Virus record (IMG/VR): IMGVR_UViG_3300016457_001310
Span: 1 to 24,210 of that record
Length of the DNA stretch: 24,210 bases
Strand: one strand, 5' to 3'
The position numbers and the translations under genes are program-made. Below the pieces are notes generated by a model. It was not told the DNA's origin and did no database searches. It worked only from the letters and a program-made list of their open reading frames with translations. This document shows, piece after piece, positions 16,901 to 23,318 of this stretch (the first letter of the stretch is position 1; each line of letters opens with the position of its first letter).

Positions 16901-17158
16901 CTCGCTCATACGGTCGTAGAGCCACTGCTGTAGCTGTCCAATCGGGTCGGTGATGCCGTGCTCCGAGGTAACGAGAGCCTCTAGATCGAGCTCCTCTAGA
17001 TCCCTGATAACCGTTACGGTGAAGACCTCCTCGATACCCTTGCTCCACCTAAGCTCCCATAGACCAGCCGCGCTGAGAGTAGCCGCTAGGTACTTAGCGT
17101 CCTCGGCGGTGAAGAGCTCCAGCCTCTGATGGCTGGTCACAGCTACACCCGAGAACAA
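10910..17158 (-). CDS. Giant (about 2080 aa) virion terminal-structure/fibre protein with tape-measure-like N-terminus and C-terminal helical repeats
   Basis: Uninterrupted 6.2-kb ORF. Residues ~70-660 carry amphipathic W/F-periodic repeats (WIQENVVAPL...GLETVSRFFTEELP). The C-terminal third has ~6 repeats starting P(S/T)PxxLAxLAEY, several with YGFTxxEI. The GTG at 17140 (RBS GGGTG) is an alternative start. Confidence 0.85.
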   Translation of the reverse strand: MFSGVAVTSHQRLELFTAEDAKYLAATLSAAGLWELRWSKGIEEVFTVTVIRDLEELDLEALVTSEHGITDPIGQLQQWLYDRMSELASWFAQTVEEIGRRLWDTVAKPFLDTIKNLVEQVWSFLQQIPGTVENALDWLSRQISGVWSWIQEDIIDPLFSAINNLMSWISQGISTLTTFFTETVPQMFAELQKWISDISTLINDYVVTPLLTAVNNLIETITRGLDTVTSFVSQIPAMVQQAVGELATWIQENVVAPLSNAFSQLIQLISSGLETVSRFFTEELPAFVSQAIASIQQTLSGIATWVQENVVAPLTAAFQSFIDFINSGLQTVSRFFTEELPSYINSFVAQLRDAVAGIASWIQQNVIAPLTSAVQSILSAVQQGLGSVSSAIASMVSQIQSALAGIWSFIQSNVLAPLRGALENLIGFISEGFETVRSFIAETLPSLVDQVKEAVAGLGTWISENVVKPITEAFTQFLDMVRSGLETVARFFTEQFPSLVSGVVEEIQRIPQIVFGTLREVGISLWDYLTKLGTLVSEGFAKLGEALTKVSENLKLVGVYLTGFVNAVMQLPERLVTTVWNSLQWIGQKIVEGAQWLWNILTGLGNWFVSAFKTLASWVGRAVMTVISVIGEVGKDIATAIGNAMKAITNLIVARSSPALYEILASPWFPIIEAILLPLTPIMVEKLGEVIEEAKKNPVRFIYNLLNVGVLISAAIYGVGLILKPLVSALPDTEISGEPLGVGARIRLKLKDVLEKAVSQFEKFMPDVARYMIIGHMIWWAEPTRAITRYNLTEYVTVELPPMEHTLNLVRRSIPTPILMDNYKMFVDQLRMGGIYKGFIERIYGLNTKLAEEVAKQLGNVSELYDRELGALRIWDRFTSYTRKERLFPVSMVWAIPSPSELARMMVRDIIQDPRHFAAVMAMHGFTPDVAFMFYLLHYRYPPPEKLAEFFWRGIAGELWNPEAPVDENIMKTFGLDPTVVKAVAPKELNFRYDLLQKMISTYMKWHDYARFPWQPGWPTDNAIMIELMADIPTKIDLRWMTRWGLFDYWSAYGIGLKKAIHEITKSLIPEGTTASARPMADLYLQYLKKGEIVFDLKQFCRVLQATGIHPYWIPWVAIAETINALTEERTLLRTGFINLYKEGIWSLDHLHQLLSGFFTVKFEVGYFDLEKRDWVSATVEYPIAFLPAESKLLEIRATMDRALDIYREAYRYIIRSVAYYVVDPAKAREIIADIVSAINEKFFKQTVKSLTGKELSLVLDTGYWEAWSKYAEAIIELEARERTRFYARYLLWSVLWALRYGYVTIDEAKGWVSKLVEKMHEHPIVREAIELSVEFMVYRFEREVKAKAIINLLRSRRIAVSEAIEQLKKLGFSEDLAKKYIDANVVWYTPGLTTYATLLEIVPEAISTSLKALEHFNMPSDELQYWRLYVARKPIQDELTLLRTRIYNALALGMGIDEVVDILSKYSMKFTVRGGELVIEGADEAKKLLAFYDANRDVFQAFGIAPHEWVMYNVIAAFERRIDELRQAARERIPSPSTLAVLAEYLALPKDLVEEALKRYGVSEKWREIWEKYIEVKPLKSDYKAYISVAIRAYLRNVIEKKRLDEIIDKAKEYGFTDEEIKILRDRIDLEEKLEEAKVRIPTPSQLATLAEYIVLPEDKVLSALKYHRVADEWIDYWKKYIEAKPIKSDVKSLLSVKIRALRYGVITKKELEEFIDKLGQYGFTSKEIEFIKERVDLEEEIAEAMELRRAYLPTPTMLATLAEYLVLKEDLIRKVLEARRVPQEWIDIWLKYIQVRPVKSDYKAVLSVAARALRYGVISEDEWKKLLDDAKSYGFTPKEIELIEKRVYYELLIESAREYVPSLGTIASMVEYIEVPRTIIDRVLQLRRVPKDFADLWLRYIEARSIAGEVNQLVAEYRRLYEYFTVSREVASKVAEWMRKGGWVGKELEVFSLALQLRKEYRVLSWLVPTIRQLVADARYIPEWEQILSDVLRARGIDVARYQKQIEYYKKLARNRIVWRQIAWYRNRLVYAYANGIIDRNTLIQKLQALKKYGLTDDEIALIVDGAELEKKRIQTIYGR

Positions 17159-17174
17159 GTTGATAATATGGAAG

Positions 17175-17182
17175 CTTAAAAA
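17175..17182 (-). promoter_or_regulatory. TATA box candidate for the giant protein gene; may also act as a T-tract terminator
   Basis: TTTTTAAG on the minus strand in the AT-rich gap 17159-17203. Confidence 0.5.
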
Positions 17183-17203
17183 CGTGGTATATGTATCTAC
17201 ACG

Positions 17204-17470
17204 TCACTCTATCCGCTTGTATATATCGTGCTTCCCGCTCATGATAATGAACTTCATCTTCGCTATCTCGGCACGGAGCTTGGCCTTCAGCTCAGCGTTG
17301 CTCTCAACATCAAGCGTAAAGATTGGGGATCTAAAACCGTTCCACTCAACGAAAACCGTTACCAAAAAACGCTTCTGCTTGTTGACCCACTCATGCTTGG
17401 TTATCTCAAGTATATAGACCTTCGCACCATCGAGCTCGACCAGGACAGGGGGAACGACTACCCTTGTCAT
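17204..17470 (-). CDS. Hypothetical 88-aa protein
   Basis: ATGA overlap with the upstream gene, AGGAG RBS, alpha/beta pattern. Confidence 0.8.
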   Translation of the reverse strand: MTRVVVPPVLVELDGAKVYILEITKHEWVNKQKRFLVTVFVEWNGFRSPIFTLDVESNAELKAKLRAEIAKMKFIIMSGKHDIYKRIE

Positions 17471-17742
17471 CTCCTAGCCCTTCTCTTTATGATCTTGTAG
17501 AAGTGCCACGTCGCTCTAACCACGCTCCTAGCCGCATCCACGAGCTCCTTGAGCTCTGGGTACCTATCCACGAGCTCGTTGGGTAACAGCGCTACGACGT
17601 AGCTCAGCTCCTGAGCCGACATTATGAGGTTGTTCATCGCATCTAGAAGCTCCTTCTGCTCGGGTGTCAGCTCCACGTCTTGCGCTGGTAGCTGGGTCTG
17701 AGCCTGAACCTGGGGAGCGCTAGGTGCGCGGGTCTCGGACAC
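17467..17742 (-). CDS. Hypothetical 91-aa helical protein
   Basis: Fits tightly between the glycosyltransferase and the 88-aa gene. GGGGGT RBS. Confidence 0.8.
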   Translation of the reverse strand: MSETRAPSAPQVQAQTQLPAQDVELTPEQKELLDAMNNLIMSAQELSYVVALLPNELVDRYPELKELVDAARSVVRATWHFYKIIKRRARR

Positions 17743-17746
17743 GTTC

Positions 17747-18793
17747 TCAACCCCCGTATGAGAACATTGCTAGGAACTCCCTATAAGTCTTCCGCATATC
17801 GAACTCGCGAGCTCTTTCCAGACACCTAGCCCTAACCTCGTCGCGGTTCTTAAGCACGTAGTCCTTTGCATATATAATCATCTCCGCGAAGTCCTTGGGG
17901 TCGTAGTAGTGCAACTCGTAGTCTATGGCACCTATCTCCGACCTGTATACAACGCTCCTCACCCTAACCCTGAAGCTGGTATCCTTCGTCGTTACCTCGC
18001 TCAGGGGCTCGTAATCAGCGTGCACAACTGGCTTGCCAGCCGCAAGAGCTTCTAGAACGGGATATCCGAAGCCCTCGGCTAGGGATGGCTGTGCATAGAG
18101 ATCGAAGCTGTGTAGAAGACCGTAGTACTCGTCCTCGCTCAGCTTGCCGAACTGGTCGATCAGTATAACGTTGTCAACACCGCTGTACTTCTCAACACCC
18201 TTGGAATCCGTTAGAACCACGAACTTTATCGACGGATCCCTATCGTGTACAAGCCTTATCACCTCAGCAAAGACATCGTGACCCTTACGCATGTAGCCAC
18301 CAGCTATGTACCCAACAACGAAGTCATCGTCTTTGAGACCCAGCTCCCTCCTAACGTACCTAGCCCTCCACCCGAACGCGCCAACAGCATCGATATCTAT
18401 ACCGTGGTAGACCACCTTGGTAACCGTTGCCCCAGCCTCCCTCAGCTTACTCATCGTGTACCGAGAGTTAGCGACAAAGCTGAGATCCCTATAGATCCAG
18501 GCATCGCCGTGAACGCGCCTAGCCCTCCCCTCTATAGTTGTGTAGAACACGCACTTCTTTCCGTACACAAGCATCTCCCTGCACACGAAAGCGAATGGAG
18601 ATACCCACGCTGGGTCGAAGGTCATCACAACGAGCACGCCGTCGACATCCTTGTAGACCTCTGGATCGGCATTGGGGTAGCCGAGGATATCCTTGACATT
18701 GACACCGCCCTCCCTGAGAACCGTAGCAACGTCGTTCGCTACGCGCTTAAGCGATGCGGATCTATGAGAAGTTAACACGATTACGCTAACCAT
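17747..18793 (-). CDS. GT-B fold family 4 glycosyltransferase
   Basis: FVANSRYT, VVYHGID, MRKG, and PSLAEGFGYPVLEALAAGKPVV with a canonical E-x7-E. Directly downstream of the capsid genes. Confidence 0.93.
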   Translation of the reverse strand: MVSVIVLTSHRSASLKRVANDVATVLREGGVNVKDILGYPNADPEVYKDVDGVLVVMTFDPAWVSPFAFVCREMLVYGKKCVFYTTIEGRARRVHGDAWIYRDLSFVANSRYTMSKLREAGATVTKVVYHGIDIDAVGAFGWRARYVRRELGLKDDDFVVGYIAGGYMRKGHDVFAEVIRLVHDRDPSIKFVVLTDSKGVEKYSGVDNVILIDQFGKLSEDEYYGLLHSFDLYAQPSLAEGFGYPVLEALAAGKPVVHADYEPLSEVTTKDTSFRVRVRSVVYRSEIGAIDYELHYYDPKDFAEMIIYAKDYVLKNRDEVRARCLERAREFDMRKTYREFLAMFSYGG

Positions 18794-18818
18794 GATCCCC
18801 TAGCGAGAAGCTCAGCGA

Positions 18819-18840
18819 GAGGTGTAAAAAATGGTTTTTG
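18819..18840 (-). terminator. Oligo-T terminator of the capsid transcript
   Basis: CAAAAACCATTTTTTACACCTC on the minus strand, 30 nt after the MCP2 stop. A near-identical motif follows the divergent operon at 20617-20636. Confidence 0.6.
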
Positions 18841-18869
18841 GCTCTTAGGGGAGGTTATCGATAGGCTGG

Positions 18870-19244
18870 TTAGTACGGTGGTACGGCTCCTATGAGTGCC
18901 TCTATGATCCTGTCGAGCACTGCTGGATCGCACTTGTAGGCCGTTACGAAGTAGCTCTTGATGCCGCTAACCTCCTTCTGGAGTGTTAGACCGCTGTGGC
19001 TGAACATTGTCTTAGCTACTATCTGCGCGAAGGCTAGATAGGGAGCCCATAGACCAGTTGGCACACCCTCTTCGCTCAGGATGTTCCTAGCTACCTCCAC
19101 AGCGTTGTATATGGCGGCAGTAGCGCTCTCGAACCTAGCCTCCATAATGGGCTTGACAGCCGTCAGCCTGTTGGTCACGTTGGTACCGTCGTACTTAGCC
19201 TCGTACTTGGCTCTCATATCACCTAATCTCTTAACGATGGGCAT
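18870..19244 (-). CDS. Major capsid protein 2, SIRV2-like (Adnaviria) fold
   Basis: AKYEAKY...NILSEEGVPTGLWAPYLAFAQIVAK...SGIKSYFVTAYKCDPAVLDRIIEALIG matches the rudivirus MCP pattern as I recall it (AKWQAKF...VLTQYGITGPNRAIYQGFGLKVAR...NGLKGYYISAFNANPQVLDAVVNIITG). Strong GGGGGTGA RBS. Confidence 0.88.
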   Translation of the reverse strand: MPIVKRLGDMRAKYEAKYDGTNVTNRLTAVKPIMEARFESATAAIYNAVEVARNILSEEGVPTGLWAPYLAFAQIVAKTMFSHSGLTLQKEVSGIKSYFVTAYKCDPAVLDRIIEALIGAVPPY

Positions 19245-19270
19245 GGGATCTCACCCCCCACCCATCACCT

Positions 19271-19627
19271 TTATCCAACTATCAGGTTCGCGATCTTGTC
19301 TAGTATAGCGGGGTCGGCACCCTTAGCAACGAACCACTGCTTGAGACCGCTGGCAATCGCTTGCAGGTCAGCACCCTCGTGGCTCAGAGCCTTGCTTGCT
19401 AGCTTCATCGCGAACGCGTAGTAGACACCGTGGAACCCTGCTGGAACACCCTCGCTCTCAAGTATGTTCCTAACGCGCTCCCTGACAGCCGCCATCACGC
19501 CGCTGCCCTCGATGTACCTAGTCACAGCGATGTCCTTTACCGCACCGTATCTAGTACCTGTCTGATCTGGTGGTGTCTTTGCCTTGAACTTCTCTACTCG
19601 GTCTGCAAGGGTCTTGACTATGGGCAT
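19271..19627 (-). CDS. Major capsid protein 1, SIRV2-like (Adnaviria) fold
   Basis: Paralog of MCP2: shared MPIVK-L-D start, RNIL--EGVP-G, Y-AFA, SH-G--LQ, SG-K--FV and DPA-LD-I. Confidence 0.88.
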   Translation of the reverse strand: MPIVKTLADRVEKFKAKTPPDQTGTRYGAVKDIAVTRYIEGSGVMAAVRERVRNILESEGVPAGFHGVYYAFAMKLASKALSHEGADLQAIASGLKQWFVAKGADPAILDKIANLIVG

Positions 19628-19664
19628 AGGTACCTACCTCGATGCTCAATTCGGGCACGAAGCG

Positions 19665-19672
19665 TTAATATA
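19665..19672. promoter_or_regulatory. Bidirectional TATA element between the MCP operon and the divergent genes
   Basis: TTAATATA on plus, TATATTAA on minus, in a 100-nt gap between divergent starts at 19627 (-) and 19728 (+). Confidence 0.55.
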
Positions 19673-19727
19673 CGTAGTATGTAATAGAGAGCGTCTGGAG
19701 CTGTATCGCAGTGCTGGTGGTTCGGGT

Positions 19728-20264
19728 ATGACCAAGAACGAGATGAATATACTGCCCGATAAAGCCGAGGAAGCCGAGTCCCATCTCTTCGAGGTGTCTC
19801 AGGATGGAACGGTCTGGATATGGAACATCAAGGAGCCCGTCATAATCGAGGTCATCAAGCTGTTCGTGCGGAAGTGGGTCGATACCATAGAGAACTTCGC
19901 TCAGTACGTAGCTCGTAGGCTCCAGCGCAACGGTGTCATCACCGAGGTCAACTCGACTATTTCGCCAACGAGCGACGGCTACGCGCTTAACATCACTATC
20001 AGGGTGAGGGGCGTGAAGTACGATCTGCTGAAGAAGCAGTGGCGGCTGATCAAGAGGCATGCTCAGGATAGGACGACTGTTAGCTATAGGTATAAGAGGA
20101 TGCTAGACCTTCTAGAGAGGTTAGAGAAGGCGGGTGACAGGCTTGGCAGAGCGATTAGAGATCCTCTTACCGCGGAGTATATACGAGCGGATAAAGAGGA
20201 AGGCGGAGCAAAAGAAGATGCGTCTCCAGGACCTCGTGCTCAGAGCCATAATGAAGGTTCTTGA
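19728..20264 (+). CDS. Hypothetical 178-aa protein
   Basis: The track ORF from 19584 overlaps MCP1. The in-frame ATG at 19728 (MTKNEM) has a GGTGG RBS. Confidence 0.8.
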   Translation: MTKNEMNILPDKAEEAESHLFEVSQDGTVWIWNIKEPVIIEVIKLFVRKWVDTIENFAQYVARRLQRNGVITEVNSTISPTSDGYALNITIRVRGVKYDLLKKQWRLIKRHAQDRTTVSYRYKRMLDLLERLEKAGDRLGRAIRDPLTAEYIRADKEEGGAKEDASPGPRAQSHNEGS

Positions 20265-20277
20265 GGAGGACTGAGCC

Positions 20278-20616
20278 ATGGACGTGAACAGGCTGGTCAA
20301 CTGGCTCCTAGGTGGCTGCGGTAAGGAGAGGGAGAAGATAGAGCTACAGTCGATACTGTTCCAGCTCGCGGAGGAGCTCCACAGAGGCAACGCAACCGAG
20401 GACGAGGTTACCAACACCGTTGCGGAGCTCTGCGAAGCCATAGTCGTGCTCGCACAGCAATGCGGAAAGACCATATCTCAGGATCAGTGCGTAGACATGG
20501 TTACGAGAGCCGTTAAGAACACCGTCCCCTTCGGAGCGATGAGCATGAAGCTCAGGTCGCTCATAAGGTCTAGAAGGGGCTCTAGGGCCACATCCTCAGA
20601 GTCCTCCATACTCTGA
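20278..20616 (+). CDS. Hypothetical 112-aa helical protein with four Cys and a basic tail
   Basis: GAGGAGG RBS. Follows the previous gene by 13 nt and is followed by a T-tract. Confidence 0.8.
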   Translation: MDVNRLVNWLLGGCGKEREKIELQSILFQLAEELHRGNATEDEVTNTVAELCEAIVVLAQQCGKTISQDQCVDMVTRAVKNTVPFGAMSMKLRSLIRSRRGSRATSSESSIL

Positions 20617-20636
20617 CAAACACCGTTTTTCACCTC
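20617..20636 (+). terminator. Oligo-T terminator
   Basis: CAAACACCGTTTTTCACCTC immediately after the stop, followed by a pyrimidine-rich tract. Confidence 0.55.
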
Positions 20637-20714
20637 CCTATTCTCTCCCCTAGGGGCTGTGACCGAAAGGCTTATTAGTGTACACCCCCTAGTGGGTATC
20701 TGGGATGGCACACC

Positions 20715-21245
20715 GTGCCCTACAAGAACATCAAGATCCACCTCGACACCTACAACAGGCTGAACGCGCTTAAGGAACCGAGCGAGACGTTCGACACCCT
20801 AATCAATCGGCTTATCGATAGGGTTAGGGAGCTGGAGGAAAAGGTCGCTGAGCTTGAGCAACGGGTTCCGATAGAGGTTGAGCAGAGGGTTCGGGAGAGG
20901 GTTGCTTCGCTAGCCGAGGAGAAGGTTAGGAAGGAGGTGGACAGCATACAGCTAGACAAGGCGGCTTGGTACATAACGAAGCTGGTGTTCTCGGTTCAGA
21001 GCCTAAAGGATCTGGTACAGATCAACGCTCCTCCCTACGAGATCGATAAGCAGTTGAAGAGAGTGGAGAAGGTGTTGATGCAGATCTGGGAGAGGTACAG
21101 GGTGGAGACCAGGACGCTCTACGAGGTCGCGAAGCAATACAGGGTGGAGCCCACGAGGGAGAACCTCATCCTCCTGAACGAGGCGACGAAGGAGGTGGTG
21201 AAGAGCATCTTCGTGAAGATGCTCTCAATTGAGGTAATCAGGTAG
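20715..21245 (+). CDS. DNA-binding protein: N-terminal RHH/VapB-like domain, coiled coil, helical C-domain
   Basis: YKNIKIHLDTYNRLNALKEPSETFDTLINRLI is the archaeal 'kTIxvxxxtYxrLxxlKxxxESFxxvIxRLi' ribbon-helix-helix pattern, followed by heptads VRELEEKVAELEQRV. Confidence 0.75.
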   Translation: MPYKNIKIHLDTYNRLNALKEPSETFDTLINRLIDRVRELEEKVAELEQRVPIEVEQRVRERVASLAEEKVRKEVDSIQLDKAAWYITKLVFSVQSLKDLVQINAPPYEIDKQLKRVEKVLMQIWERYRVETRTLYEVAKQYRVEPTRENLILLNEATKEVVKSIFVKMLSIEVIR

Positions 21246-21310
21246 ATTCTCGATTGCTTCGCTATCCCAGAGCGGGGGATATCCATGCGCTCTTAAACAC
21301 TCAAGAAAAA

Positions 21311-21380
21311 TCGAAACTCAGTTACGATATTTGTAACATATTGAATATGTTATATAGAGAGATACTAGACTGAGTTTCGA
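21311..21380. repeat. Nested inverted repeats in an AT-rich non-coding region
   Basis: Outer perfect 12-bp arms TCGAAACTCAGT (21311-21322) and ACTGAGTTTCGA (21369-21380). Inner perfect 9-bp arms TAACATATT-G-AATATGTTA (21334-21352). Confidence 0.9.
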
Positions 21381-21586
21381 GTGCCATTGCTTTCTTAACC
21401 TCCCCCTACGTCCGTGGGGAGTGCGCTGGACTTTTCTCTATGGAGAGAAGGGTATATCCCCCGAAAGTGTTGCATAGGAATTGAGGGGTCTGATTTGCGT
21501 GACCCCCTAACAGGTTTAGAACCTTATTTAGTAACCAGCTAGTGAGATTGAAAGGTTTGAGGAGAGGTATACTTATATAATCTTCC

Positions 21587-22339
21587 TTGTCATATATAAG
21601 AAGAGGGATCAGAACAGTGCTCACTCATCACATGCAACAAAACATCGTCTCAGTATACGGTCTCATCACCAAGTTGTTCTTACAGTATCTTAGAAAGTAT
21701 ATAAAAGTTGTTGGTAAACAAGTGGTTGTCCATCAGATGCCTAGGCATAAGACCACCTTTATCCTGGTGCCACTATCGTTTGATGAGGAGCGCTACTGGT
21801 TCTTCGTTCTGATAGCCTCGGATTCTAAAGATCCTTGGAGCCCCAAGGAGGTGTGGCAAAGGATACTGAGAACGTACTTCTCAAGGTTCTATCCATGGAT
21901 AAGGCAGATCATGGGAAGCAGTGCGTTTAGATACATCGAGGGAGGTACAGTCCTCTACATAGGTGCGATCTCTCGCGGGTGCTATAGCTTCGGTGGAAAG
22001 GAGATAGAGCCTAACGTGATGCTGTTCACGAGGGATATAAGGAACTTGATACGGTGGCTACGGACGTGGAACCCAACAAAGATAAAGGAGTTCTTCGGGG
22101 ACTTCGTCTCCGCGTTTGAGGAGTTTTCTTTCCGCCTTGCACAGCAGGTGAAACACGTTTTCTCTGCTCTTCGTAAGCTCTTCGCTGATAAGGCTGAGCT
22201 CATCGAGCGCAAATCGAGGATGAAAGACGTTGAGCCATATGGCCCAGTGAAGCAGAAGATAGTGATGCTGAAGACCCTGAGCGAGGTGTTCGAAGAGCTA
22301 GTTAGGTACGCATGTGGAAAGCCAGTTGTTGTAATGTGA
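21587..22339 (+). CDS. Hypothetical protein; true start probably 21722 or 21737, about 200 aa
   Basis: Long ORF. The 5' part is AT-rich and contains a BRE/TATA-like AGAAAGTATATAAAA near 21692-21706, which suggests a start at the in-frame GTG 21722 or ATG 21737 (MPRHKTT). Confidence 0.7.
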   Translation: MSYIRRGIRTVLTHHMQQNIVSVYGLITKLFLQYLRKYIKVVGKQVVVHQMPRHKTTFILVPLSFDEERYWFFVLIASDSKDPWSPKEVWQRILRTYFSRFYPWIRQIMGSSAFRYIEGGTVLYIGAISRGCYSFGGKEIEPNVMLFTRDIRNLIRWLRTWNPTKIKEFFGDFVSAFEEFSFRLAQQVKHVFSALRKLFADKAELIERKSRMKDVEPYGPVKQKIVMLKTLSEVFEELVRYACGKPVVVM

Positions 22340-22352
22340 CATATGGTGGTGC

Positions 22353-22883
22353 GTGAGCATGTCTGGGTTGGAACACCTTAGGAACCTGATCTCTAGGCTT
22401 GAGGAGCTGGAGAAGCGTAGGTGTAGAGCGGTGTACATGAAGGGATTCAGCGCGGGGATAGTCATCAGGACGCTGCTGGAGAGGTTTAGGGCTGTTGAGG
22501 CGGCTCTCAGCGGTGAGGATACATCGGAGGGTGTCTGCACGGAGCTGGCGAACTTCATCAGGTTCCTAGGCAACGCGCACTGGCGTAACGGGGTTCTCGA
22601 AACCGACTGCTTCGTCACCGTGACCATGGACGTGCCCCTGTTGATGAAGGAGGTGTTCGTGCGCTACGTAACGCTGTGCGGCTACAGGGATAGGGAGGCT
22701 CTGGAGGTGGCTAGGAGGGTTCTGGGCATAGAGAGCGTCTCGGAGCTACGTAGGAAGGTAAAGAAGAAGAAGCGTAGAAAGATAAGGGAGGAGGAGGTAG
22801 AGGCTAGCTCGGAGGTTGATACCGAAGAAGTGGTTGAAAGCGATGTAGAGTATGCTTCAGAGGATGTCGAGGTAGTTAGCTGA
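22353..22883 (+). CDS. Hypothetical protein with basic patch and acidic C-terminal tail
   Basis: GGTGGTG RBS. RRKVKKKKRRK is followed by an E/D/V/S-rich tail. Confidence 0.8.
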   Translation: MSMSGLEHLRNLISRLEELEKRRCRAVYMKGFSAGIVIRTLLERFRAVEAALSGEDTSEGVCTELANFIRFLGNAHWRNGVLETDCFVTVTMDVPLLMKEVFVRYVTLCGYRDREALEVARRVLGIESVSELRRKVKKKKRRKIREEEVEASSEVDTEEVVESDVEYASEDVEVVS

Positions 22884-22892
22884 AAACGTTTC

Positions 22893-23318
22893 TCAGATGA
22901 TCTCGGATAGCTTTTTGGCTCGGTCGAACATCTGTTTTGTGATTACGTACCTAACGCCTTTCTCCCACTGTTGCTTCTCAAGAACCTCAAGTGGGAATAC
23001 GTACCACTGCTTCTCTTCCGAGACCCTGACCGCTATGTATGCCTCTCCCCCTGCTCTCCTAGCGAAGTTCTCCAGCATCCACACCTTGGGCGCGGCGAGG
23101 TATATCGCGTCTCTATGTTTCCTGAGCTTAACCTCGAAGACCAGAACCCTGTACCTAGAACCATCGAACTTAACAGCGAAGACATCTGGATAGAAAACCC
23201 TTCTTGTCTTAGCACCAGAGGCGGGGGCTCTCATTACTGCATACCCTGCTCTTCTAAGCTTCTTAACCAGCTCCAGCTCAGCTTGCTTACCCCTTCGATA
23301 GAAGCTCATTTCCAGCAC
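22893..23318 (-). CDS. hjc: Archaeal Holliday junction resolvase (Hjc family, PD-(D/E)xK)
   Basis: RRGKQAELELVKKLRRAGYAVMRAPASG...YPDVFAV...VFEVK...LENFARRAGG-AYIAVR...W is the full Hjc motif set. Confidence 0.93.
   Translation of the reverse strand: MLEMSFYRRGKQAELELVKKLRRAGYAVMRAPASGAKTRRVFYPDVFAVKFDGSRYRVLVFEVKLRKHRDAIYLAAPKVWMLENFARRAGGEAYIAVRVSEEKQWYVFPLEVLEKQQWEKGVRYVITKQMFDRAKKLSEII

Noticed and set aside
10910-17158. Reading the locus as a head-tail virus or prophage because of the tape-measure-like and tail-collar genes
   Set aside because: No terminase, portal, HK97 MCP or tail tube/sheath is seen, and two SIRV2-type MCPs with rudivirus-like neighbours are present.
302-18775. Many plus-strand ORFs in the track (e.g. 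930-1529, 3735-4232, 18245-18775)
   Set aside because: They are antisense shadows of well-supported, tightly packed minus-strand genes and lack RBS and protein-like composition.
19584-19727. N-terminal extension of the 226-aa plus-strand ORF
   Set aside because: It overlaps the MCP1 start and the shared promoter. The ATG at 19728 has a proper RBS.
20715-21245. VapBC toxin-antitoxin pair
   Set aside because: Only the RHH-like N-terminus resembles VapB, and there is no adjacent PIN-domain gene.
21321-21357. Xer/dif recombination site
   Set aside because: The palindrome is 9-1-9 rather than the 11-6-11 dif layout, and no recombinase is visible.
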